Notes: generated by a model not told the origin, from the letters alone. 64,000 bases of DNA from Pelotomaculum sp. (GCA_022839445.1 JALHFC010000006.1:2029-66028), one strand, 5' to 3'; shown: positions 17,299 to 26,621, numbered from the stretch's first letter. Numbers and translations: made by a program.

Positions 17299-18398
17299 AG
17301 CCGCAATTGGGCCGGGTGGCGATAGTAGGTGTTGGGCTTATCGGTGGTTCCCTTGGTATGTCTCTCTGTGCCCGGGGTCTGGCTACGGAAGTGGTCGGTT
17401 TGGGATCCCGTCCGGAAAATTTGCGCCTGGCTTTGGAGTTGGGCGCGATTAACCGGATTGCGGTCACACCTGCTACAGGTGTGACCGGGGCGGACTTGGT
17501 GATTATCGCTACCCCGGTTAGCGCCGTGATACCGGCGTTGGACAACGTTTTGCCTTACCTTTCCCGGGGGGCCGTGGTCACTGATGTGGGTAGCGTTAAA
17601 GCTGAAATTGTGCGCAGGGCGGAAAACATGTTGCCGCCCGGCGTATCTTTTGTGGGCGGCCATCCCATGGCCGGGTCGGAGCAAGCTGGTGTCAGGGGCG
17701 CTGATCCCTACTTGTTTGAAAACGCTTTTTATCTAGTTACACCTACGCCTAAAACACCCGTGGAAGCATTGAAGGCTGTAAGGAAACTGGCTGCCGGGGT
17801 TGGCGCGAAGGTTATCGAGATAGAGCCGGAACGGCATGACCAAGCCGTGGCTGCGGTTAGCCATTTTCCCCACTTGCTGGCGGTCACCCTGGTCAATATG
17901 GTAGCGAAAATGGATGAAAGTGACGAAATACTGCCGCTGGCGGCGGGGGGATTCCGGGATACGACCCGGATTGCCGCGGGGAGCCCGGTGATGTGGCGAG
18001 ATATATTTATGTCTAACCGGGAGCAGGCGCTGAAAATGATCCGGCGTTTTAGGACGGAGCTTGATACTTTTCAAAAAACTTTGGAGCAGGCAGACGCCGA
18101 TGCCATTTGGGACAGCCTGGAAAACGCCAAAGCGGTGCGTTCGGGGTTGCCGGCTAAAACAAAGGGCTACCTGCCGTACCTTTATGAAGTGGTTGTAAAC
18201 GTTCCCGACCAGCCGGGGGTTATCGCCGGTTTTACAAGCATACTGGCCGCAGCCGGTATAAATGTTGTTGATATCGAAATTTTGAGGGTGCGTGAGGGTG
18301 AAGGTGGAACCATCAGGGTCGGTTTCGCCACCCTTGAAGAGCAGGACGGCGCAGTGCAACTCCTCAACGAAAAAGGGTACGCGACCAGAAAAAGGTGA
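17295..18398 (+). CDS. tyrA: prephenate dehydrogenase with C-terminal ACT domain
   Basis: [14 protein letters not shown] Rossmann motif and a GGHPMAG motif. TTG start overlaps the aroF stop (TTGA), 5 nt after AGGAGGA. Confidence 0.9.
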   Translation: MKPQLGRVAIVGVGLIGGSLGMSLCARGLATEVVGLGSRPENLRLALELGAINRIAVTPATGVTGADLVIIATPVSAVIPALDNVLPYLSRGAVVTDVGSVKAEIVRRAENMLPPGVSFVGGHPMAGSEQAGVRGADPYLFENAFYLVTPTPKTPVEALKAVRKLAAGVGAKVIEIEPERHDQAVAAVSHFPHLLAVTLVNMVAKMDESDEILPLAAGGFRDTTRIAAGSPVMWRDIFMSNREQALKMIRRFRTELDTFQKTLEQADADAIWDSLENAKAVRSGLPAKTKGYLPYLYEVVVNVPDQPGVIAGFTSILAAAGINVVDIEILRVREGEGGTIRVGFATLEEQDGAVQLLNEKGYATRKR

Positions 18399-18505
18399 GC
18401 TAATAAATAGCGAATCCATGAATTTTAGCGGCTCATTCATAGCGCAAGTGAGCTAAAGGATATGTAGATGTGTGACGACTTTTTAGTAGTTAGTCTTTTA
18501 TGCGA

Positions 18506-18537
18506 TTATAAGGGCACGGCATACCGTGCCCTTATAA
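18506..18537. repeat. perfect 14-bp inverted repeat (TTATAAGGGCACGG cata CCGTGCCCTTATAA)
   Basis: Direct reading. It lies in the tyrA-aroA spacer and has no adjoining T-tract on either strand. Confidence 0.85.
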
Positions 18538-18596
18538 ATAGATATGACCTTCTATGAGGTTGTTGCTTAAAATGTTATATAAAGGATGTATAATCA

Positions 18597-19833
18597 TTGG
18601 ATCTGTATATTAAACCGGTCTGCGGGTTGCGGGGTACAGTAGCTATACCGGGGGACAAATCCATCTCTCACCGGGCGGTAATGCTGGGTGCCCTCCATTG
18701 CCTGCTTTAGAAAATTGGGAGTGGAGATTACAGGACCGGAGGATGGGGTTGTTACCGTATCCGGCCGGGGATTGGATGGCCTGAGAGAGCCGTGCGACAT
18801 CCTTGACGCCGGCAATTCCGGCACTACCATGCGGCTGATCCTGGGTGTTTTGGCCGGGCAACCATTCTTTAGTGTAATCACCGGCGATGATTCCTTGCGC
18901 CGGCGTCCTATGGCCAGGGTAACTCACCCGTTGGGACTGATGGGGGCGCGGATTTCCGGCAGGCAGGACGGCGCTCTGGCGCCCCTGGCCATACAGGGCG
19001 GCAGGCTGGACCCGATCCACTATTATTCCCCGGTGGCAAGCGCCCAGGTTAAGTCGGCGGTTTTGCTGGCCGGTCTTTTTGCGGCAGGGGAGACTGCGGT
19101 AACCGAACCATACCTCTCTAGGGACCATACCGAGCGGATGCTCAGGTATTTTGGGGCGGAAGTGGATGTGTCGGGCGGCGCCATACGGCTAAAAGGCCGC
19201 CCACGCCTTTCGGGCCGGGTACTTAAAGTGCCCGGGGATATATCGTCTGCCGCCTTTTTGATGGTAGCGGCTTCGGCGATACCGGGTTCGGACCTTATCT
19301 TGGCCGGGGTAGGGGTGAATCCCACCAGGGCCGGCATTGTCGACGCGCTTGCAGAAATGGGCGCACATATTGAAATGCTAAATACCCGCCAGGAGGGCGG
19401 TGAACCTGTGGCTGATATCCGGGTGCGCTATAATGGAAGGCTATGTGGCGTATCGCTTGGAGGGGAAATAATCCCCCGCCTTATTGATGAGATACCTGCC
19501 CTAGCTGTGGCGGCTGCGCTGGCCGAGGGTGAAACGGAAATTCGTGACGCCGCCGAGCTAAAGGTAAAGGAGAGCGACCGGATAGCTGCTGTAGTCCGGC
19601 TGCTAACCGGTTTTGGGGCCGCTGTGGAAGAAAGGCCGGACGGCCTGATGGTGAGGGGGAAGCGCACGATAAACGCCTGTATTTGTGAAAGCCACGGGGA
19701 CCACCGTATTGCCATGGCGGCAGCTGTAGCCGGGATGCTGGCCGGAGGGGAAACAGTAGTGCGGGGGGCCGAATGTATTGCTGTGTCCTTTCCTGGATTT
19801 AATGATGTATTAAAAAAAATCAAGGTAGAATAA
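18597..19833 (+). pseudogene. aroA: 3-phosphoshikimate 1-carboxyvinyltransferase (EPSP synthase), disrupted by a ~50-nt deletion/frameshift near codon 33
   Basis: Frame 1 (18597-18710) encodes [33 protein letters not shown], then stops. Frame 2 from 18694 continues [12 protein letters not shown]...LDAGNSGTTMRL... to 19833. The family segment between GAL and the (S/T)I.CFRK motif, about 17 aa, is absent. Confidence 0.8.
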
Positions 19834-19944
19834 TACAATCGGAAGGGTTTTCCTAATTTGAGCTTTTATTTCGCTGCAAAAAAGGAAAAGTAGTAACTAT
19901 GTCGAAATTAGCAAATGAATTAAATGAAGCTTCCAGGAGGGGCT

Positions 19945-20628
19945 ATGAAATCACGTCCCAATATTGCTATAGATGGACCAGCCGGGGCAGGTAAAAGTAC
20001 CGTTGCAAAGCTGGTGGCGAAAGAACTCGGTTTTCTATACATAGATACGGGGGCGATGTACAGGGCGGTGACATTAAAGGCGCTTCGCGAGGAAGTAAAT
20101 TTTAGTGATTATAACGGCCTTGACCAGCTGGCCGCTGCGGCGCGGGTAAAACTTGTGGCGGGTGCGGATGCGGATCTAAAGGTGTTTTTAAATAACGAAG
20201 AAGTTACGGAAGCAATTCGCGACCCGGAAGTATCAAGAAACGTTTCCCTGCTTGCCAGGGTTCCGTCGGTGCGCAAGCGCATGGTTGAACTGCAGAAAGC
20301 TATGGCCGTGGGAGGCGGGGTGGTAATGGAAGGGCGGGATATCGGTACCGCAGTCTTGCCGGACGCGCCCGTTAAGATCTTTCTGACTGCGTCCATTGAA
20401 GAAAGGGCCAGGAGGCGCAGGGAGGAACTAGCTGCAAAAGGAGATATTATAGGGCAGCGCCAGATGGAAGAAGAAATAATTTTGCGTGACCAGGTCGACA
20501 CATCGAGGGAAAAGGACCCTCTTGCCCCGGCCCGGGATGCTGAAATAATCGACAGCACATGCCATTCGGTAGAACATGTGGTGGCGATGATTGTTGCCCG
20601 CGTTAAAACCTGGAGGTATAAAACTTGA
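19945..20628 (+). CDS. cmk: cytidylate kinase
   Basis: IAIDGPAGAGKST P-loop. ATG 19945 follows AGGAGGGG. Confidence 0.93.
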   Translation: MKSRPNIAIDGPAGAGKSTVAKLVAKELGFLYIDTGAMYRAVTLKALREEVNFSDYNGLDQLAAAARVKLVAGADADLKVFLNNEEVTEAIRDPEVSRNVSLLARVPSVRKRMVELQKAMAVGGGVVMEGRDIGTAVLPDAPVKIFLTASIEERARRRREELAAKGDIIGQRQMEEEIILRDQVDTSREKDPLAPARDAEIIDSTCHSVEHVVAMIVARVKTWRYKT

Positions 20629-21200
20629 TTTACCGTTCACTCAAACTTTTTGTGCGAATCATCCTGTTCGTATTAAGGAGATGGGAAATACGAGGGGTCG
20701 AGAACCTCCCTGCAAGCGGCGGTATGATGTTGGTGGCCAACCATACCAGCTACTGGGACCCGGTGGTAATAATTTGTGCTTTTAACCGGAGGGTCCATTT
20801 TATGGCCAAATCTGAGCTTTTTAATATTCCTGTTGTTGGCTACGTAATGCGTATTTCCGGCGCGTTTCCGGTGCGGCGGGACAAGTCTGACCGGAATGCC
20901 ATCAGGACAGCCGTTAGGCTTCTGGAAGACGGACATGTTGTAGGAGTTTTTCCGGAGGGAACCAGGAGTCACACGGGGGAATTGTTAAAGCCTCACCTTG
21001 GGGCCGCTATGCTTGCGTTTAAAGCGGGAGTCCCCATGCTTCCTATTGCGGTCAAAGGCGCAAGGGGGGTGTTTGGCAAGATAACAGTCAACGTGGGCAG
21101 GCCTGTTTCCAGCCCGGGCGGAACAAAAGTCAATAAGGCAGGCCTGGAAAAAGCCAGCGATATGATCATGGAACAAATATCTGCCCTGCTTGATATATAG
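20625..21200 (+). CDS. plsC: 1-acyl-sn-glycerol-3-phosphate acyltransferase
   Basis: NHTSYWDP (HX4D) and FPEGTRS motifs. The TTG start overlaps the cmk stop. Confidence 0.88.
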   Translation: MIYRSLKLFVRIILFVLRRWEIRGVENLPASGGMMLVANHTSYWDPVVIICAFNRRVHFMAKSELFNIPVVGYVMRISGAFPVRRDKSDRNAIRTAVRLLEDGHVVGVFPEGTRSHTGELLKPHLGAAMLAFKAGVPMLPIAVKGARGVFGKITVNVGRPVSSPGGTKVNKAGLEKASDMIMEQISALLDI

Positions 21201-21275
21201 ATATTTATTAAATAAAGAAGGAAATTATAAGTTTAAAGGCGAATGGTATAAGGATGTGCAAGAAGCGGTGATGTT

Positions 21276-23315
21276 ATGGAAGTGCTGGTAGCCTGCAAGG
21301 CTGGTTTTTGCTTTGGCGTGAATAGGGCAATTGAAACGGCTCTGGCTACTGTGCGTAATAGGGACGGTCCCATTTACACCCTTGGCCCGCTGATTCACAA
21401 TCCCCAGGTGGTAGCTTACCTTGAAGAGATGGGTATAAAAGAAATTGGGGATATTGAAGATATTCATGAGGGCACGCTGGTTATCAGGTCACACGGTGTA
21501 GATCCGGCCTTGCTGGATATCGCCGCCAATAAAGGTTTAAATATTGTGGACGCTACCTGTCCATATGTCCGGCGGGCGCAAGTCCTTGCCCGTGATCTGA
21601 CGGAGGAAGGTTACCAGGTGGTGGTTGTCGGTGACAATAACCACCCGGAGGTGCAGGGAATTGTTGGCTGGACTGGTGGCAAGGCGCTGGTTGTGGAATG
21701 TCCCGAAGAAGTTTCCCGGCTCGAAATAAAGGGAGCGGTAGGGGTGGTGGCCCAAACCACACAACCCCTGAAAAACTTCGAGGCGGTTGTCATGGCCATG
21801 CGGGGCGTGTTCCTTGAAATTAAGGTATGCAATACCATTTGCAAGGCGACAGCCGAGCGGCAGTTAGCTGCCCAGAAACTAGCCCGGCAGGTTGATGTCA
21901 TGGTTGTGGTTGGGGGCGCCAACAGCGCTAACACCAGAAAGCTTGCCGGTATTTGCCGGGCGATGGGGACGCCATCCTACCATGTCGAGACGGCTAAGGA
22001 GCTGGATGCGGTATGGTTTAGGGGATTAAAGGTAGCGGGGTTGACAGCGGGTGCGTCCACACCTGACTGGATTATAGAGGAGGTAAGGAAACGAATGAGC
22101 GAGTTTGAAGAAAAGATCGACCAGGAAGAAGAAATGCAAGACGCGATGGAAGTAAAGGCCGTACGCCATGGTGAAATTGTGACAGGTACGGTGGTCCACG
22201 TTGGTCCGGATGAGGTGATGGTCGATGTTGGCGCCAAGTCGGAGGGAATTATCCCTATTAGGGAACTGTCCTGCTGTGATGTAAGTTCCCCCCAGGATAT
22301 TGTAAAAGTGGGGGATGAGATAGAGGTATACGTGTTGAAAGCAGAGGACAACGAAGGAAAACTAATACTGTCCAAGGAAAAAGCTGAAGCGGAAAAAGCC
22401 TGGGTTAGGGTGGAAGAAGCGCTGGATTCCGAGGAGCCTGTGGAGGGAATTGTCAGGGATGTGGTCAAGGGCGGCCTCTTGGTGGATGTGGGAGTGCGGT
22501 CGTTTTTGCCGGCTTCCCTGGTGGAAAGAGGCTATGTGGAAGACCTTTCAAAATACCTCGGCCAGACGATTTCAGCCCGTGTGATTGAGATGAACCGTGG
22601 AAGAAAAAAGGTAATATTATCACGCAAGGCGGTACTGGAGGAAGAATATGCCCGGCTACGCCAGGAGATGCTTGATACTCTACAGGAAAACCAGGTTGTT
22701 AAAGGGGTTGTGCGACGGCTGACCCAATTTGGCGCTTTTGTGGACATTGGTGGTGTGGACGGCCTGTTGCATATTTCAGAAATGTCCTGGTACCGGATCA
22801 ACCACCCCTCGGAAGTGGTCAAGGTGGGCGATGAGATTGAAGTGATGGTGCTAAGGGTGGATCGGGAAAATGAAAAAATCTCCCTGGGATTAAAGCAGGT
22901 GCTGCCGAATCCTTGGGATACGGTTGAAGAAAAGTATACCGTGGGCAGTATTATCAAAGCCAAAGTAGTCCGGTTGGCGCCTTTTGGCGCATTTGTGCAA
23001 CTGGAACCCGGCGTTGAAGGGCTGGTCCATATCTCCCACCTGGCCGATAGGCATGTAGCCAAACCTGATGAGGTTGTGACTGAAGGTGAAGAGGTTAACG
23101 TTAAAGTGCTGAGTGTTGACCCCACTGAAAAGCGTATCCGTCTTTCCATACGGGAAGTGGCCAAGGAAAAGCAGGACAAGGAATATCGCGACTATAGCGG
23201 GGATAAAACGCAGGAATCATCAAACGGGGTTACAATCGGAGACGTGGTGGGTAACTTGTTTGATAAGCAGGAAGAAGAACAAGAACAAGATGTGGAAAAC
23301 CAGCAGGAACAATAA
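21276..23315 (+). CDS. ispH: bifunctional IspH (HMBPP reductase) fused to four S1 RNA-binding domains
   Basis: The N-terminal ~280 aa carry the IspH cysteines (GFCFGV, ATCPYV, NTICKAT). The C-terminal ~390 aa carry four S1 repeats (GxVxxVxxxGxxVDVG pattern) and an acidic tail. Confidence 0.92.
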   Translation: MEVLVACKAGFCFGVNRAIETALATVRNRDGPIYTLGPLIHNPQVVAYLEEMGIKEIGDIEDIHEGTLVIRSHGVDPALLDIAANKGLNIVDATCPYVRRAQVLARDLTEEGYQVVVVGDNNHPEVQGIVGWTGGKALVVECPEEVSRLEIKGAVGVVAQTTQPLKNFEAVVMAMRGVFLEIKVCNTICKATAERQLAAQKLARQVDVMVVVGGANSANTRKLAGICRAMGTPSYHVETAKELDAVWFRGLKVAGLTAGASTPDWIIEEVRKRMSEFEEKIDQEEEMQDAMEVKAVRHGEIVTGTVVHVGPDEVMVDVGAKSEGIIPIRELSCCDVSSPQDIVKVGDEIEVYVLKAEDNEGKLILSKEKAEAEKAWVRVEEALDSEEPVEGIVRDVVKGGLLVDVGVRSFLPASLVERGYVEDLSKYLGQTISARVIEMNRGRKKVILSRKAVLEEEYARLRQEMLDTLQENQVVKGVVRRLTQFGAFVDIGGVDGLLHISEMSWYRINHPSEVVKVGDEIEVMVLRVDRENEKISLGLKQVLPNPWDTVEEKYTVGSIIKAKVVRLAPFGAFVQLEPGVEGLVHISHLADRHVAKPDEVVTEGEEVNVKVLSVDPTEKRIRLSIREVAKEKQDKEYRDYSGDKTQESSNGVTIGDVVGNLFDKQEEEQEQDVENQQEQ

Positions 23316-23366
23316 AAAGGACTAGAAACCGGCATTAAACTATATAAGTTTTATAATTTTTTAGCA

Positions 23367-23398
23367 ATTAGTGCGGTGTATAACCGCACTAATTTTTT
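23367..23398 (+). terminator. intrinsic terminator after ispH::S1
   Basis: An 11-bp stem ATTAGTGCGGT / ACCGCACTAAT with loop GTATA, followed by TTTTT. Confidence 0.85.
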
Positions 23399-23416
23399 CA
23401 TAGGATAAAAAAGACA

Positions 23417-23441
23417 CCGCCTATAAACAGGCGGCTTTTTT
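23417..23441 (+). terminator. second tandem terminator
   Basis: CCGCCT ataaac AGGCGG followed by CTTTTTT. Confidence 0.6.
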
Positions 23442-23458
23442 GCATAATTTGAGACTAA

Positions 23459-24304
23459 ATGGACAGCCTAATCTTGAAATTTCCAACAATGAGGAGGCTG
23501 GAGCGTTTGGAGCAATTTCCCATCAGTATAATTATCTTAATTGTTGTGTCAATACTTATTTACCTTGGCCTGGCTCACCGTGTCCTGGACAGGATGAGGC
23601 TTTCCGACCGGGGAGCGCTGGTGATCATAGGCGCTATCATTGTCGGTAGTTTTATCAATGTCCCGCTGCCTTTTCTGCCTTTCAACACTTCCGTAAATGT
23701 CGGAGGCGCTCTGGTCCCTCTCGGTCTCGCGATCTATCTCCTGGTCAGGGCCGGTAGCTCTAAAGAAAGGACCCGCGCGTCTGTAGGAGCAGTCGCTACG
23801 GCAGTCGTTGTCTATATTGTCGGTTCCCTGATCAACGCCGGGTCTACGGCGGAACCGGCGGGACGCTTTGCCGTACTGGACGCCATTTACCTTTATCCCC
23901 TAGTGGGCGGTATAGTGGCCTACATCTTCGGCAGGTCCAGAAGAGGCGCTTTTGTTGCGGCTACTTTAGGTGTCTTATTAGTGGACATTTTTCATTATGG
24001 ATGGCTTTTAAACCAAGGCGCTCCTGCCGGATATGCCGTTAGCGTCGGTGGCGCCGGTGCTTTTGACGCTATTGTCCTGGCAGGCATCATAGCGGTACTG
24101 CTGGCCGAACTTGTCGGGGAATCCCTGGAACGACTATCGGGTGGACCGGCTACAAAAGGTCGCCCGCCGGAACTTTTAAAGGGTTTGAAAAAACCGGAGT
24201 TGGAAGCGCCGGGTCCGGAGGGCGAGGCTAAGGGTGGGGATATACCCGTATCGCAAAAAGATCGGGGAAAGGTGGTTGAAATAAGTGATGAGCAAAATAA
24301 CTAG
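23459..24304 (+). CDS. polytopic membrane protein, DUF1614-like
   Basis: LGLAHRVLDRMRLSDRGALVIIGAIIVGSF and GRSRRGAFVAATLGVLLVD resemble DUF1614 as recalled. The start is ambiguous (ATG 23459, ATG 23489, or TTG 23507 nine nt after AGGAGG). Confidence 0.6.
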   Translation: MDSLILKFPTMRRLERLEQFPISIIILIVVSILIYLGLAHRVLDRMRLSDRGALVIIGAIIVGSFINVPLPFLPFNTSVNVGGALVPLGLAIYLLVRAGSSKERTRASVGAVATAVVVYIVGSLINAGSTAEPAGRFAVLDAIYLYPLVGGIVAYIFGRSRRGAFVAATLGVLLVDIFHYGWLLNQGAPAGYAVSVGGAGAFDAIVLAGIIAVLLAELVGESLERLSGGPATKGRPPELLKGLKKPELEAPGPEGEAKGGDIPVSQKDRGKVVEISDEQNN

Positions 24305-25514
24305 AATTAAAAATGCAGCCGTTGTTTTTTTAATCATAGCGACGGTTGCCGTGGTTCTTTTTAGCGCTACGAAAAACTCCCGTTTCCAGGCGGCCCTAAC
24401 CACAGCGGGATTTTTCAACAAGGAAACCCCCGATCACCTGACCGGCATGTTTACAACAATTGTTGACGAAGAGGGAAACATGCTGAGTATGATGTCCCGG
24501 ACAATATTCGTGGGTGATGAGCTTTACACTTCCGAGGGGCGCAGCTACCGGATCGGAAAGGTCCAGGGAGAAAGGGCGGAAGCCAAATTTCTAGGTATGG
24601 ACCCCCAAATAGTCTCTTATAATGAGCTTTACGCCGGGCAGGTAGCGCCGGTGGCAAAGAGTACGGCGGAACAAAGAAAGGGGAACATAGCTGTTTACCA
24701 TTCTCACACCGATGAATCCTATGTGCCTACAGACGGAACAGAATCCATTCCCTTTAAGGGCGGTATCTATAGGGTAGGTAAGGTCATGGTGGATGTACTC
24801 CAGGGCAAGGGGATCCAGGTAAACTATGACCAGACTCCACACGACCCGCATGACAACAACGCTTACGTGCGCTCCCGCCGGACGGCGGCAAACCTGTTAA
24901 AAAGCGGCCCGGCGGCGATTTTTGACATACACCGCGATGGTGTGCCCGACCCCACTTATTATAGAGCGGAAATTGACGGGAAAAAAGTAGCAAAGCTCCG
25001 GTTGGTTGTGGGTAGGGAAAATCCTAAGATGGAGGCCAACATGGATTTTGCCAAGCGGATGATGTCGGCGGCAAATAACATGCATCCGAAAGTAGTAAAA
25101 GAAATCTTTGTGGGAAAAGGGGATTACAACCAGGACTTGATGCACACAGCCCTCTTGATTGAGGCCGGCACCCATACCAACAGCGGAGAGGAAGCCGAGC
25201 GGGGTGTTTCTATGTTTTCTGAATCTGTTCCGACCGTCCTTGGGATTACCGGCGGGACCCCCGTTGCGCCTCCGTCGGCGCCCGCCGCTAAACCAACCAC
25301 CGGTGCCGGGGGGGCATGGAAGGCGCTAGGTTGGGTTTTGGGGCTGACTGTTGTTGGCGGAGTAGGCTACCTCCTGATTATTTCCGGTAACTGGGATAAC
25401 GTTAAGAAAAACATATCCAGCTTTGGTAGGGAGATTACCATGCTCGGAGGCCGCAGGGCCGCGCGCAAACCCGGCGCCCGGGACGAAAGTCCCGATCGGG
25501 GCGACGATACCTAA
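24285..25514 (+). CDS. spoIIP: stage II sporulation protein P
   Basis: VAVYHSHTDESY...FDIHRDG...LIEAGTHTN SpoIIP core with an N-terminal TM segment, plus an unusual C-terminal Pro/Ala linker, TM segment and basic tail. Confidence 0.9.
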   Translation: MMSKITRIKNAAVVFLIIATVAVVLFSATKNSRFQAALTTAGFFNKETPDHLTGMFTTIVDEEGNMLSMMSRTIFVGDELYTSEGRSYRIGKVQGERAEAKFLGMDPQIVSYNELYAGQVAPVAKSTAEQRKGNIAVYHSHTDESYVPTDGTESIPFKGGIYRVGKVMVDVLQGKGIQVNYDQTPHDPHDNNAYVRSRRTAANLLKSGPAAIFDIHRDGVPDPTYYRAEIDGKKVAKLRLVVGRENPKMEANMDFAKRMMSAANNMHPKVVKEIFVGKGDYNQDLMHTALLIEAGTHTNSGEEAERGVSMFSESVPTVLGITGGTPVAPPSAPAAKPTTGAGGAWKALGWVLGLTVVGGVGYLLIISGNWDNVKKNISSFGREITMLGGRRAARKPGARDESPDRGDDT

Positions 25515-25515
25515 C

Positions 25516-26433
25516 ATGCCGGGCTATATGCCGGAACACCTCATGGTTATCCTGGCCGGGGTTTTATCCGGCACCGCTACACGCGTTGTCTTGCTCAGGA
25601 TAGACTACCGGCAATATCCGGGTTACCCGCACGGCTACCTGGCGCACGCCTTCCTGGGATTTATTGCCTCAGCGCTGGGGGCCGTAGCGGTTCCGGCAAT
25701 CTTAAAACCCGACTTCACGGCAGTTACTTTTTTAGCCTTGGCGGCGCAACAATTCCGGGAAATCCGCAACATGGAGCGTAAAACCTTGGAAAGCCTTGAG
25801 GAAAGTGAACTTGTCAGCCGGGGCCTGGATTATATAGAAGGTATTGCCCGCACGTTCGAGGCTAGAAATTACCTGGTGATGGGGACATCTTTTTTAACCA
25901 GCCTGGCCGCCCAGTTTTGGGGTTTGCCTATCGCCGTCGTTACGGCGTTTTTCGCTTTTTTAACCAGCCTTTACTTTATGTCCGGTGAGGTTATCGGTGA
26001 CATGTGCACAGTCGTACCGGCGCGAATAAGTTTTGACGGCCCAATTCTCATGGTGGATGAAATAAGTATTGTAAACATAGGTTTAAAGCCCATGCGGGAG
26101 AAAATAATTAGAGACGGGCTGGCTGTGAAAATCATACCAAAGGATGGTAACGCCAGGGCTACTATCCATGATATCGGCCAGCGCAGGGCTATTGCTTTTA
26201 CCGCCGCCGCCATCCTAGGGACAAAAAAGGACGTCGACATACCGGAGTTTACCCCTCTAGCCAGGAAAAATCCGGACACCGGGGAGGTTGGTCTCTTCAT
26301 TGTGCCGATGGTAAAAGATATGGAGCGGTTCATAGCGGCAGTTAAGCTAACCCCCGTGCTGGAAAGCGCCAGGAGTAAACCGCTAAACGCCGGTTCAAGT
26401 ATAGATGTAGCAAAAAAAATGGATAAGGGCTGA
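25516..26433 (+). CDS. YIEGIA-family membrane protein
   Basis: The literal LDYIEGIARTFEARNY motif is present, with an N-terminal TM region. ATG lies 1 nt after the spoIIP stop. Confidence 0.8.
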   Translation: MPGYMPEHLMVILAGVLSGTATRVVLLRIDYRQYPGYPHGYLAHAFLGFIASALGAVAVPAILKPDFTAVTFLALAAQQFREIRNMERKTLESLEESELVSRGLDYIEGIARTFEARNYLVMGTSFLTSLAAQFWGLPIAVVTAFFAFLTSLYFMSGEVIGDMCTVVPARISFDGPILMVDEISIVNIGLKPMREKIIRDGLAVKIIPKDGNARATIHDIGQRRAIAFTAAAILGTKKDVDIPEFTPLARKNPDTGEVGLFIVPMVKDMERFIAAVKLTPVLESARSKPLNAGSSIDVAKKMDKG

Positions 26434-26438
26434 TAGAA

Positions 26439-26621
26439 TTGTCCACAGAACAAATACTGGCTGTCGTTACCCTCGATAAAAGCCAAGTGTATTATGGCGC
26501 GCCTGTCTTTTTGACGCATAATGAGGATGAGCAAGAAAGGATGGCCGTTAGTTTATCGGGAATACTGAATGCTATGGTACACGACCTAGGGAATGGGACC
26601 TATGTTCTAGTGAAGCATTAG
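26439..26621 (+). CDS. small conserved partner ORF of YIEGIA (60 aa)
   Basis: TTG start 5 nt after the YIEGIA stop, tightly coupled. I recall such partners being annotated as a capping subunit for YIEGIA; this was not verified here. Confidence 0.5.
   Translation: MSTEQILAVVTLDKSQVYYGAPVFLTHNEDEQERMAVSLSGILNAMVHDLGNGTYVLVKH

Noticed and set aside
17094-18440. Minus-strand ORFs of 196, 148 and 235 aa
   Set aside because: All are antisense to the well-supported aroF 3' end and tyrA. No motifs were recognised.
21977-23179. Minus-strand ORFs of 163 and 215 aa, rich in Ser/Thr
   Set aside because: They are antisense to the S1-repeat region of ispH::S1. The Ser/Thr richness mirrors the Glu/Val/Gly-rich sense frame.
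25971-26534. 187-aa minus-strand ORF
   Set aside because: It is antisense to the YIEGIA gene and its small partner, and has no supporting signals.
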